64,000 nt of DNA from an uncultured Candidatus Saccharibacteria bacterium (GCA_964427275.1 CAYRSR010000003.1:168-64167); one strand, 5' to 3'. Shown: positions 20,923 through 30,465, counted from the stretch's first letter. The notes: generated by a model from the sequence alone, not told the origin. Numbers and translations are program-made.

Positions 20923-21056
20923 AGTTTGAAATTAAGGTTTTAAACTAAAGGTCGAAAGTTTTGCTAGCCTGTCAGGACTTAAATTGACAGGCAAAGGTCG
21001 ATAGCAAAATTAAAACTCAAAGTCCAACTGGCTAATACCTGGTTGGACAAAAAAGA

Positions 21057-24000
21057 ATGAGCAAAAAAATTGTTGCAAGTTTCGTTTCCTTTACCACTGC
21101 AGTCTGGCTATCTGGAGCTGCAGCCATAATTCCGGTTGCTCATGCTGATGAAGTGGCTGATCTGCAGGCTCAGATTCAAATGCTTTTGGAACAGATTTCT
21201 CAGCTTCAGAAAAAGATTGCTGAGTATGAAGGAAAAGAAGCCTTACCAGCAGTTAAATTTGAGCGAGATCTCACCCTCGGCTCAACTGGCGCTGACGTTA
21301 AGGCTTTGCAGGAGTTTCTAAATAGAGATGAAGCTACTAGAGTAGCTGAATCAGGTCCAGGTTCTCCTGGTAATGAAACTGAATACTTTGGTGCTTTGAC
21401 CAAAGCTGCGGTTAAAAAGTTTCAGGAGCTCCATGCTGACGAAATCCTGGCTCCAGTTGGTTTGTCTCACGGAACCGGGTATTTCGGTCCTTCTACTCGG
21501 AGTTACATTAATTCTCTAATAGAAAAAGAAGCTGCTAAAGAGGAAGAAGAGGAAGAAGTAGAAGAAGAAGAGGAAGAAGTTGTTGGAAATGTTTTAGAGG
21601 TAGAAGCTGTTGAGCTAGCCGATGGTGCAGTTCCTAAGAAAGCCACTGCAGTTCCAATGCTAAAAGTTAAACTAACTGCAGGAGATGAAGATGTAACCAT
21701 CGACAAGATGGTGTTTGAGAGAAAAGGCATTGGCTCTCCTGGTGATTTCGATGAGGGTTATCTTTACGAAGGTGATGTTCGTCTAACTGACGGACGCTCA
21801 GTTCGTTCTGATAACACTTTAACTCATCGAAATCTGGACCTGGAAATCAAAGCCGGAGAATCAAGAGAAATAACTTTAGCTCTGGATATTGCTGATGATG
21901 CTGATGTTGGCGATATCAACTACTTCGTCCTGAAAGAAATTGATTGTGATGCTGACGAAGTAGCTGGCTTGCCAGTTGAGGGAGCCAGAATGACTCAAGC
22001 TGCTTCCGAAGTTGGCAAGATCACCGTTTCTGAAAAGGCCATTGATAATCTGGTAAATATTGGTGATGAGGATGTAACTCTGGCCAAACTCAAAGTTGAC
22101 ATTGATGGTGAAGATGCTGAGCTAAAACAAATAACCTTTACTCAGGAAGGCTCAGCTTCACTTGATGAACTGGAGAACATTGAATGTGAAGGAGCTGAAA
22201 TTGAAATCAGCGGAGATAAGTTGGTAGTTAAGTTTGAAGATGAAATAATTGAAGATGGAGATTCTAAAACTTATGAAATTAAAGCCGATATAGGAATTGG
22301 AGTTGATCCTGATGATGATGCTATTAAGTTAAGCATAGACGAAGTTTACGATGTAGTTGCTATTGGCCAGGATTATGGCTATGGTTTGGATGTGGTAAAT
22401 AATTTTGACGCTACTGCCATTGAAGTTGAAGGAGGAGAAATGAATCTGGCTTATGTTGGTCCAAAGACTCAGGATATCTCTGCCGGAGATGACATCAAGG
22501 TATTTGAATTTGATGTTGCCAATGCCGATGAGCTTAAAGTAAAGGAGACCAAGGTTAAAATTAAGGACCTAATTGAATTGGATAGTGCTCTACTCAACGG
22601 TGATGGAGATGGCGACTTAGAAGAAGATGAAGTTTCTCCATACCTGGATAACTTCAGATTAATTGATGTAGATGAAAACAAAGTTCTAGCCAGCACTGAT
22701 GACTTTGAAATTGATAACGCAGCTGCTGGTGATATTGAAATCACCTTCAGCGAGGATTACATCTTAGATCCCGGAGAAACCAGGTTGGCAGTTCTAATTG
22801 ATATTGATGATGGTATCTATGATTTTGCAGGCGCAATAGACTTCTTTGCCGAACTACAAAAGTTTGGTGCTAATAAAGTTAAAGACCTGGATACCGGAGA
22901 TTATCTGGTTCCAGCTGATGATATTGTTCCTAATGATGAAATAGCTGGAAAAGAGCAGACCATTGAAGAAATTGGTTTGACTGTAGCTAAAGCAGTCAGA
23001 CCAGAAAGTCAAACCTATGTAGTCGGCGAAGATGATGCTGAATTGGCCGGATTTGTTCTAAGTGCTGGCCCAGCTGAAGGTGTAAAGATTAATGAAATTA
23101 AATTGAAAGCTCAAGCTGACGATACTGATGATGGTGCAATTGGAGCTAACGCAGTCAAGCCAAGTTTGACTGTATCTTCAGTTTACTTAGTAGATAGTAC
23201 TGGAGCCAAAATTGCTTCCAGCGAAAATCTCTCCAATGACGATATTGCCGAAGTAACCTTCTCTGATATTGATTTGACTTTAGCTGCCAGCGAATCTGAA
23301 ACTATTAAAGTAATTGGTGACATTCGCTCAGATGCTACTGCCAAAGAAATCAGATTTGAACTAGATGATATTGATTATGAAACCTTAGATACCGGCATTG
23401 AAAAAACTGAGGATGCTAATGAGGTTGGTAACATAATGGATATTGGAGAGGGTCAACTTACTGTTAAAGTTGACGCTGACACTCCAGATGAAGATATTGC
23501 CATAGCTGGAGCAAATAAGGTTGCCTTTGCTATCTACGAATTTGAAGCTGAAAATGAAGATATTACCATTGATAAAATTACTGTAAAATGCAGTGGTGCT
23601 GATGAATTGGATAATCTGGAAAAGGTATATCTGGAGTCTTCTAAGGGTTCTGCCTCCGAGACCAGTTTTGCTGATGTAGATATTACCTTCAGAAATCTTA
23701 ACTGGACTGTTGAAGCCGGAGAGAAACTTGATGTTAAGGTTTATGCTGACATCAATGACCTCTCCGATGATGCCTTACAGTCTGGTGAAGACTTCAGCCT
23801 GGCTATCGGTGATAATACCCAACTGTTTGACTTCAGAGCCACTGGTGAAGCTTCCGGTGAAGTTTATGATGAAGCTGCTGTATACACTGATTCTGGTAAC
23901 CCGGATCTAAGAGTTAATCATATGGTTGTCTACGAAGGAAAGCCGGTAGTAGAGTTTAAGAGTGTAAGCACTGACCTGGCTAGAGGTAATAATCCAAACT

Positions 24001-24413
24001 ACATCCTCTACAAATTCGAGGTTAAAGCCGATTCTTCTGGCGATGTAATTTTCCTGAGAGGAGTAAAGTTTGAAATTGATCTTCACGATGATGATGGTGG
24101 AGGCGAACTCGATCTTACTGGTAAAGATACTGAGTTGATTGATTCTGATGGCAATATATTGGCTACCGATGATGATTACACTGATGGTATAGTATTTAAT
24201 ATAGCTGCAGCCGATCAACCAGAATTAGGAACTGTTGGTGATGTATTCAGCGTAAGAGCTGATATTGTGGGTGTTGAAGAGAATGATGCTATATCTATTA
24301 ATATGGTTGATCCTGATGATGATGCTAATGCACTGACCTGGGATGATGATACTGCAATTGGTAATGCTGAACTTATTGACATTCCAGAAGATGTAGTCCA
24401 TCACGAAGAGTAA
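21057..24413 (+). CDS. large, highly acidic secreted/cell-surface protein with a peptidoglycan-binding domain
   Basis: Signal peptide (…AIIPVAHA) and a coiled coil. PG_binding_1-like motif LTLGSTGADVKALQEFLN…GALTKAAVKKFQ. A poly-Glu linker is followed by about 900 aa of D/E-rich beta-repeat-like sequence. Confidence 0.6.
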   Translation: MSKKIVASFVSFTTAVWLSGAAAIIPVAHADEVADLQAQIQMLLEQISQLQKKIAEYEGKEALPAVKFERDLTLGSTGADVKALQEFLNRDEATRVAESGPGSPGNETEYFGALTKAAVKKFQELHADEILAPVGLSHGTGYFGPSTRSYINSLIEKEAAKEEEEEEVEEEEEEVVGNVLEVEAVELADGAVPKKATAVPMLKVKLTAGDEDVTIDKMVFERKGIGSPGDFDEGYLYEGDVRLTDGRSVRSDNTLTHRNLDLEIKAGESREITLALDIADDADVGDINYFVLKEIDCDADEVAGLPVEGARMTQAASEVGKITVSEKAIDNLVNIGDEDVTLAKLKVDIDGEDAELKQITFTQEGSASLDELENIECEGAEIEISGDKLVVKFEDEIIEDGDSKTYEIKADIGIGVDPDDDAIKLSIDEVYDVVAIGQDYGYGLDVVNNFDATAIEVEGGEMNLAYVGPKTQDISAGDDIKVFEFDVANADELKVKETKVKIKDLIELDSALLNGDGDGDLEEDEVSPYLDNFRLIDVDENKVLASTDDFEIDNAAAGDIEITFSEDYILDPGETRLAVLIDIDDGIYDFAGAIDFFAELQKFGANKVKDLDTGDYLVPADDIVPNDEIAGKEQTIEEIGLTVAKAVRPESQTYVVGEDDAELAGFVLSAGPAEGVKINEIKLKAQADDTDDGAIGANAVKPSLTVSSVYLVDSTGAKIASSENLSNDDIAEVTFSDIDLTLAASESETIKVIGDIRSDATAKEIRFELDDIDYETLDTGIEKTEDANEVGNIMDIGEGQLTVKVDADTPDEDIAIAGANKVAFAIYEFEAENEDITIDKITVKCSGADELDNLEKVYLESSKGSASETSFADVDITFRNLNWTVEAGEKLDVKVYADINDLSDDALQSGEDFSLAIGDNTQLFDFRATGEASGEVYDEAAVYTDSGNPDLRVNHMVVYEGKPVVEFKSVSTDLARGNNPNYILYKFEVKADSSGDVIFLRGVKFEIDLHDDDGGGELDLTGKDTELIDSDGNILATDDDYTDGIVFNIAAADQPELGTVGDVFSVRADIVGVEENDAISINMVDPDDDANALTWDDDTAIGNAELIDIPEDVVHHEE

Positions 24414-24453
24414 GGGTGCTTCCTTGACACCTAAACCTGTCTTAGCAGGTTAA

Positions 24454-24489
24454 AGAGATGCCCCAGAAAAGGGGCATCTCTTTTTTTCT
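24454..24489 (+). terminator. intrinsic terminator after the surface-protein gene
   Basis: Stem AGAGATGCCCC / GGGGCATCTCT with an AGAAAA loop, followed by TTTTTTT. Confidence 0.65.
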
Positions 24490-24501
24490 TGAAAAGGTTA
24501 G

Positions 24502-25950
24502 TTAATTTAATAACCAGCTTTTAAGTTTTTTAGTTGAGTCAGTAAGTATGAGTAAACTTAAAAAGTAGATTATTGCTGAAATTAAGATGTTTAAAATTAC
24601 TTTGAATCCAATAAATTTTAGAGTTAAAGTAATTCCAGTCATTATGATTAAGGCTAAAACTATTTTACTTAAATAAGGAAAAATCGAGAAATAATTTATT
24701 CTTTTCATTACAAACCAGGCAAAAATACCACAAAAAACTAAGGTTATTGCAGTTGAAATTGAACAACCTACTGCTCCCCAATTTGGAATCAAAAGTAAAT
24801 CTAAAATAATATTGGCAAATAATCCAATCAAGAAATATTTAACTAGCTGTTTTTCCTGTCTAAAAGCTAAAATTCCATCAGCCAAAAAAGCCAGAGGATA
24901 ACTTATTAAAATAGAGATAATTAAAATTTGAAATGGTAAGATTGAATTGAGGTATTTTTCCCCATAGACCAAACTGATTATCTCTTTTCCTAAAATAATT
25001 CCTCCAACAGTTAGCGGCAAAGCTAAAGCTATTGCCAGACTAATGCCTTTTTCAATTAAATATCTAAATTTTTGATTGTTTTGTTTGGCCAATCTTGCCA
25101 GGTTAGGGAAAAAAGCAGCAGCAAGTAAAGTTGGAATTATTGATAGAAAATGAATTGGTCTGTGAGCAGCTGAATAAAATCCAACAGCTTGAGCGGTTTT
25201 GAAATACCCCAGCATTAATAGGTCAATACTACACATAATTCCTGGTAAAAACCCATATAAAGCAAAGCGCCAGGAAGAATTGAATAATTCATAGCTTGGT
25301 TTTAACCTAAATTGAACTGGGAACTTCAAGTATTCTTTTAAGATTATTAAAAAGGCAACTAATCCAAAGAAACTTCCTGCAACATAGCTTAAAACTAAGT
25401 AAAATGGAGAAGGAAAAAATTTTAGAACAATTAGAGCTAAAATTACAATAGTTGCATTAACTAAAATTTTTATTCCGGCTTCAATTTGCATTTTTTCCTG
25501 AGCTCTGACTATTGGAAAGCAGAATTCTCTAAGAGAATCAAAGATTAGTAAAGCAATAATTATTGGAATTAAACTTGAAACTTCGGGAATTTTTATAAAA
25601 TAAGAATGAAATAAAAGAATAATTAAGGTAATTAAGATTAGCAAAGTAGTTTTAGTAATGAAAGCGCTAGATAAGTAAATCTGTTTTTGTTCGGGCTTTT
25701 TGGATAATTCTCTGGTTAAAATTGAACCAATTCCAATGTCACTGGCAATAGTAAGAAAGGCAGCCAAAGATATAGCGTAAGAAAAAATACCAAATCCAGC
25801 CACAGCTAACAATCTAGCTGAATAGATTACAATTCCAAAACGAATTATTCTTCCTAAAATTTCTCCAAGATTTAACCAGAAAATATTTTTAGCTATTCTT
25901 TGCTTTAATCCAGCATTTTTAAATAAAGCTGTTTTAATTTTTGAAAACAT
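24502..25950 (-). CDS. oligosaccharide/polysaccharide flippase (Wzx / MOP-superfamily-like)
   Basis: 482 aa with about 12-14 transmembrane helices and the N-terminal layout of the polysaccharide biosynthesis protein family. Confidence 0.65.
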   Translation of the reverse strand: MFSKIKTALFKNAGLKQRIAKNIFWLNLGEILGRIIRFGIVIYSARLLAVAGFGIFSYAISLAAFLTIASDIGIGSILTRELSKKPEQKQIYLSSAFITKTTLLILITLIILLFHSYFIKIPEVSSLIPIIIALLIFDSLREFCFPIVRAQEKMQIEAGIKILVNATIVILALIVLKFFPSPFYLVLSYVAGSFFGLVAFLIILKEYLKFPVQFRLKPSYELFNSSWRFALYGFLPGIMCSIDLLMLGYFKTAQAVGFYSAAHRPIHFLSIIPTLLAAAFFPNLARLAKQNNQKFRYLIEKGISLAIALALPLTVGGIILGKEIISLVYGEKYLNSILPFQILIISILISYPLAFLADGILAFRQEKQLVKYFLIGLFANIILDLLLIPNWGAVGCSISTAITLVFCGIFAWFVMKRINYFSIFPYLSKIVLALIIMTGITLTLKFIGFKVILNILISAIIYFLSLLILTDSTKKLKSWLLN

Positions 25951-26084
25951 TTTGTGGATAATTAACTTGATTTTAATGGTTACATTCCATAATATTAAAA
26001 TAGAAATTAAATAACAAGTAGGTTAAAAGCAAAATTTAGTCAATTTGATAGAAAAATTTAAAGGTCGAAAAAAGCAAATAACCT

Positions 26085-26375
26085 ATGAAAGGAATAGAAA
26101 TAGTTGAAATTATTTTAGCTGTATTAATTATAATTTCTCCCTGGCTATTTCCTGATGTTATTACAGTAACCAATGTAGCTTTTGGAGTTGTTCTGATAAT
26201 TCTTTCTATTGTTGAACTCAGTCAGAGTAAAAAAGTTCCCGAAGTAAAACGAGCAGTTGAAGAGATTGTAAAAAAAGAAGAACCAGCTGAGGAAGAGCCG
26301 GTTGAAGAGAAGCCAGAAGAAGCTGCATCAGAAGAACCTGAAAAGAAAGAGGAAGAAACTTCATCAGTTGAGTAG
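26085..26375 (+). CDS. small membrane protein with an acidic E/P-rich tail
   Basis: Two hydrophobic helices followed by EEPAEEEPVEEKPEE. An AAAGGTCGA motif sits 16 nt upstream. Confidence 0.4.
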   Translation: MKGIEIVEIILAVLIIISPWLFPDVITVTNVAFGVVLIILSIVELSQSKKVPEVKRAVEEIVKKEEPAEEEPVEEKPEEAASEEPEKKEEETSSVE

Positions 26376-26381
26376 TTTATT

Positions 26382-26417
26382 AATCCCGCCCAAATTTTTT
26401 TGGGCGGGATTTTCTTT
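26382..26417 (+). terminator. intrinsic terminator
   Basis: Stem AATCCCGCCCA / TGGGCGGGATT followed by TTTCTTT. Confidence 0.65.
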
Positions 26418-26428
26418 ATCTCAAAATT

Positions 26429-27451
26429 ATGGCTAAAATTGCAATAAATGGTTTTGGGAGAATTGGAAGATTGTTTTTCAGGCAAGCATTTGGACATCCT
26501 CAGATTGATATTCGAGCAATAAATGATCTGGGAACTCTAAAAAATTTGGCTTACTTACTGAAATACGACACGGTTTATGGGGAATATGAAAAGGAAGTTT
26601 CCTTTGATGAAGAAAAAGGAGTATTGATTGTGGATGGAAAGGAAATTCGTTTTCTTCAGGAAAGGGATCCGTTAAAGCTTCCCTGGAAGGAAATGGATAT
26701 AGATGTAGTGGTAGAAGCTACTGGAGTTTTTGCAGCATTTTCCAAGGCAGCGGTTCACTTTAAAGCTGGAGCTAAGAAAGTAGTAATTACTGCTCCAGCT
26801 AAAGACCAGGAAGGTGTAGAAGGAGGTAAGACTATTTTAGTTGGTGTAAATGAAAAGGATTTTACCGATGCTAAATTAACTTCTAATGGCTCCTGTACTA
26901 CTAATGCGATAGCTCAGGTAATTAAAATTTTGGATGAAAATATTGGAATAGCTAAAGCAGTATTAAATACTATTCATGCTTATACTGCTAATCAGAATTT
27001 AGTTGATGGAGTGAGCAGAAGTTCAGATTTAAGGAGAGGAAGAGCAGCTGCTCATAATATTGTTCCAACTTCAACTGGTGCAGCAATTTGCACTACCAGA
27101 ATGATTAAAAACTTAGAAGGAAAATTTGATGGAATTGCCCTAAGAGTGCCAGTAATTTGCGGTTCAATTGCTGATATTACTGCAGTGGTTAAGCGAGATA
27201 CTACAGTGGAAGAGATAAACCAGATACTTAAACGAGAATCTGAAAACCCAAGATGGAGAGGATTGCTGAAAGTAAATGAACAGCCTTTAGTATCTTCAGA
27301 TATAATTAAACAACCTTATGGTGCAATTGTAGATTTATCTTTTACTAAAGTAATTGATAAGAATCTGGTTAAAGTACTGGTCTGGTATGATAACGAATGG
27401 GGTTATGTAACCACCTTAATCAAGCATATTCTGGAGTTAGTTGAGAGTTAA
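26429..27451 (+). CDS. gap: glyceraldehyde-3-phosphate dehydrogenase
   Basis: NGFGRIGR Rossmann motif and the catalytic SCTTN block. Confidence 0.92.
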   Translation: MAKIAINGFGRIGRLFFRQAFGHPQIDIRAINDLGTLKNLAYLLKYDTVYGEYEKEVSFDEEKGVLIVDGKEIRFLQERDPLKLPWKEMDIDVVVEATGVFAAFSKAAVHFKAGAKKVVITAPAKDQEGVEGGKTILVGVNEKDFTDAKLTSNGSCTTNAIAQVIKILDENIGIAKAVLNTIHAYTANQNLVDGVSRSSDLRRGRAAAHNIVPTSTGAAICTTRMIKNLEGKFDGIALRVPVICGSIADITAVVKRDTTVEEINQILKRESENPRWRGLLKVNEQPLVSSDIIKQPYGAIVDLSFTKVIDKNLVKVLVWYDNEWGYVTTLIKHILELVES

Positions 27452-27460
27452 TTCTAGCTT

Positions 27461-28450
27461 ATGTTCGATGTCGTAACTGTTGGTACTGCTACCAGGGATA
27501 TTTACATTGAAAAACTGAACTTTCCAATAGTTAAAGTTAAAGAAAAAGGATTTGTAACAAGAAGAGGAATTTGTATTCCTTATGATTCAAAAACTGAGGT
27601 TCCCAGGATTAGTTTTGGCTGGGGTGGTTCTGGGGCAAATACTGCAGTTACCTTTAGAAGAATGGGTTTTAAAGTTGGCTTAATTTCCAGAGTAGGAGAT
27701 GATATTTATGGAAGGGAGATACAGGCTAGTTTTAAAAAGCAGAAGGTTAAAACTTTTATACAAATTGATAAACAATATTCAACTCCAATTGGAGTTATAC
27801 TTTTAGATGTAAGTGGAGGGAGAACTGTTTTAGTTTATCGAGGAGCAGAAGAGAGATTTACGCCAAAAGAAGTTCCCTGGCCAAAAATTAAAACTAGGTG
27901 GTTATTTATCGGGTCTATTGCTGGAAGAGTTGATCTGTTATTGAAGCTTTTTAACTGGGCTAAGAAAAACAAAATAAAAATTGCCGGAAATCCAGGTAAA
28001 AGAGAACTTCAGTTTTTGAAAAAAAATTTAAATCTATTAAACAACTACGATATATTTGTATGTAACCAAAATGAAGCCTCGATTTTAACCGGCGAGGAGT
28101 TTTTTGAAGTAAGGAAAATATTTAAAAGATTAGATAAATTAGTTAAGGGAATAGCAGTAATGACAAGAGGAAAAGATGGAGTAATGGTTTCAGATGGAGA
28201 AACTTTATATAAGTCAGAAACATTTAAACCAAAAAAAATAGAAAATAAAACTGGTGCAGGTGATGCATTTGCCTCAGGTTTTACTGCTGGATACATTTTA
28301 AAAAATAACATTGAATATGCTATTAAAGCTGGCTTAGCCAATGCTTGCAGTGTAGTAGAAACAATTGGTTCTCAGGCAGGAATTTTAACTAAAAAGCAAC
28401 TTGACTCACCTAGGTGGAAAAACTTATCTATTTTAAAAGTTAGGTTGTAA
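27461..28450 (+). CDS. PfkB-family carbohydrate kinase
   Basis: GGSGANTAV and the C-terminal TGAGDAFASGF anion-hole motif. Confidence 0.8.
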   Translation: MFDVVTVGTATRDIYIEKLNFPIVKVKEKGFVTRRGICIPYDSKTEVPRISFGWGGSGANTAVTFRRMGFKVGLISRVGDDIYGREIQASFKKQKVKTFIQIDKQYSTPIGVILLDVSGGRTVLVYRGAEERFTPKEVPWPKIKTRWLFIGSIAGRVDLLLKLFNWAKKNKIKIAGNPGKRELQFLKKNLNLLNNYDIFVCNQNEASILTGEEFFEVRKIFKRLDKLVKGIAVMTRGKDGVMVSDGETLYKSETFKPKKIENKTGAGDAFASGFTAGYILKNNIEYAIKAGLANACSVVETIGSQAGILTKKQLDSPRWKNLSILKVRL

Positions 28451-28457
28451 GTTTTTT

Positions 28458-30293
28458 ATGTGTGGGATAGCTGGATATATTGGCAAAAGGAATGCAGTGA
28501 AGGTCATTTTAGCCGGACTGAAGAAGCTGCAATATCGTGGTTACGATTCGGTTGGAATTTCGATAATGGATGAAGGTAAAGTTAAAACTATTAAAGCAGT
28601 CGGGAAAATATCTAATTTAGAAAAAAAGCTGATTAGATTAAACCTGAAAGGAAATTTGGGAATTGGACATACTAGATGGGCTACCTGCGGAAAAGTAAAC
28701 TTAGCTAATGCTCATCCTCAATCCGATTGTTCTAGAAAAATATTTTTAGTTCACAATGGAATTGTTGAGAATTATTTAGAACTAAAAAGAAAACTAGAAA
28801 AACTGGGTCATCAATTTAGCTCTCAGACCGACACCGAAGTTTTAGCTCATTTAATTGAGGAAGAACTAATTAAAAATCCAGGGATAAAGCTAGAAAAAGC
28901 TACTGAATTAGCTTTACAAAGAGTAATTGGAACTTATGCTCTGGTAATAATTTCAGAATATCAGCCAGATAAGCTGATAGTTGCAACTTGCTCTAGTCCA
29001 TTGGTTATTGGTCTGGGAAAAAAAGAGTACTTTGTAGCTTCCGATCCTTTAGCAATTGTTTCTAGAACTAAAAAGGTTATTTATCTAAAAGATGGACATA
29101 TTGGAGTAATTACTCCCTATGGTTGCCAAATTTATTTTAAAAAGAAACTTGTTAAGCAAGATATTCATAGTTTGGATTTTGATGAACTGAAAGTTAGTAA
29201 AAAACAGTTTCCTTACTTTATGGCCAAGGAAATTTTTGAACAACCAGTTTCAATTGAGAATTCAATTACCGGGAGAATAGATTTAAAAAATTGTAATTCG
29301 AAATTAGGTGGAATAGAGGATGTACTAGATAAATTGGCTAAAATTGAACAATTAATAATTATTGGTTGTGGTTCAGCTTATCTGGCCGGGCTTTTTGGGG
29401 AGTATTTTTTAGAAGAGTATTCAAATATAAGTTGTCATTCTTATTTAGCTTCTGAATTTAGGTATCGAAATCCAGTTTTAAATCAAAACACGGCATTTTT
29501 GTTTATATCTCAATCTGGAGAAACTGCTGACACTCTGGCTGTACTCAGGGAAGTAAAGAAGAAAAATATTTTAAGCTTAGGGATAGTTAATGTAGTTGGT
29601 TCCTCAATTGCTAGAGAAACTGATGCTGGAATTTATAACCACTGTGGTCCTGAAATTGGAGTAGCTTCAACTAAGGCATTTACTTCTCAGTTGACTATTT
29701 TAATTCTTCTAGGAATTCTTTTGGGAAGACAAAGAAAGTTGTCAAAAAAAATAGCCTGCCGTATTTTAACTGAATTAAAGAATTTACCGGGCTTAATTAA
29801 GCAGGTACTTCAACAAAGCTCTTACTTAAAAAGGTTAGCTAAGAAATATTTAAAGTATGATAACTTTTTATTCATTGGGCGAAAATATAATTATCCAATT
29901 GCAATGGAAGGAGCATTAAAACTTAAAGAAATTAGCTATGTTCATGCTGAAGGTTATCCTTCTGGAGAAATGAAACATGGCCCAATAGCTATGATTGATA
30001 AAGGCTTTCCTACCGTTGCGATATGCCCAAAAGATTCGGTATATTCAAAAACTATTTCTAATATTCTGGAAATTAAGACTAGGAGTGGAAAGGTAATTGC
30101 TGTGGCTACTAAAGGAGATAGGAAAATCAAGAAAATAGTTGATGATGTAATTTATGTTCCCAAAATTTTTGAACCAATTCAACCAATTTTAGAGGTTATT
30201 CCTTTACAACTATTTGCTTATTATTTTTCAGTTTTAAAAGGATTGGATCCGGACAAACCCAGAAATTTAGCTAAATCGGTAACTGTAGAGTAA
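28458..30293 (+). CDS. glmS: glutamine--fructose-6-phosphate aminotransferase
   Basis: N-terminal nucleophile MCGIAGY and two SIS domains. Confidence 0.93.
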   Translation: MCGIAGYIGKRNAVKVILAGLKKLQYRGYDSVGISIMDEGKVKTIKAVGKISNLEKKLIRLNLKGNLGIGHTRWATCGKVNLANAHPQSDCSRKIFLVHNGIVENYLELKRKLEKLGHQFSSQTDTEVLAHLIEEELIKNPGIKLEKATELALQRVIGTYALVIISEYQPDKLIVATCSSPLVIGLGKKEYFVASDPLAIVSRTKKVIYLKDGHIGVITPYGCQIYFKKKLVKQDIHSLDFDELKVSKKQFPYFMAKEIFEQPVSIENSITGRIDLKNCNSKLGGIEDVLDKLAKIEQLIIIGCGSAYLAGLFGEYFLEEYSNISCHSYLASEFRYRNPVLNQNTAFLFISQSGETADTLAVLREVKKKNILSLGIVNVVGSSIARETDAGIYNHCGPEIGVASTKAFTSQLTILILLGILLGRQRKLSKKIACRILTELKNLPGLIKQVLQQSSYLKRLAKKYLKYDNFLFIGRKYNYPIAMEGALKLKEISYVHAEGYPSGEMKHGPIAMIDKGFPTVAICPKDSVYSKTISNILEIKTRSGKVIAVATKGDRKIKKIVDDVIYVPKIFEPIQPILEVIPLQLFAYYFSVLKGLDPDKPRNLAKSVTVE

Positions 30294-30327
30294 TTTTATA
30301 AGGAATTGCAAAGTTTTTAATTCTCAC

Positions 30328-30462
30328 TTATCCACAATCAAACCCTTGACAAACTATCTTAATTGAATAACATTAAAAATGGAGCTGGAAGGAAATCTAT
30401 TCTTCGGAATAGAGGACCAACCAGCTCCACTGGGGGACGAATCGAAAGATTTGTCCCCCATT
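30328..30462 (+). repeat. left copy of a 135-bp inverted repeat (about 97% identical to 33166..33300, reverse complement)
   Basis: Base-by-base comparison with the reverse complement of 33166-33300 shows 3-4 mismatches over 135 bp. Confidence 0.8.
30346..30373 (+). promoter_or_regulatory. promoter-like TTGACA-16-TAACAT inside the left repeat
   Basis: TTGACA at 30346-30351 and TAACAT at 30368-30373. The predicted start (about 30381) is the first base of the hairpin. Confidence 0.35.
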
Positions 30463-30465
30463 TTT
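30381..30465 (+). ncRNA. candidate structured small RNA or attenuator: UUCG-capped hairpin plus GAAA-capped intrinsic terminator
   Basis: Hairpin 1 is GGAGCTGG...CTATTC-UUCG-GAATAG...CCAGCTCC (30381-30428). Hairpin 2 is TGGGGGAC-(AATC-GAAA-GATT)-GTCCCCCA (30431-30460), followed by TTTTT. Confidence 0.3.

Noticed and set aside
21541-21590. GAA/GAG trinucleotide tract (EEEEEEVEEEEEE) flagged as a possible slippery simple-sequence repeat or phase-variation site
   Set aside because: It encodes an in-frame poly-Glu linker. Slippage by whole codons would only change the linker length. It is noted as low-complexity coding sequence, not a separate feature.
21136-24218. Several 60-100-aa ORFs inside or antisense to the acidic surface-protein gene (for example 21503..21730, 22469..22744, 23907..24218)
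   Set aside because: They are artefacts of the GA-rich codon bias of a D/E-rich gene. The antisense strands read as S-rich.
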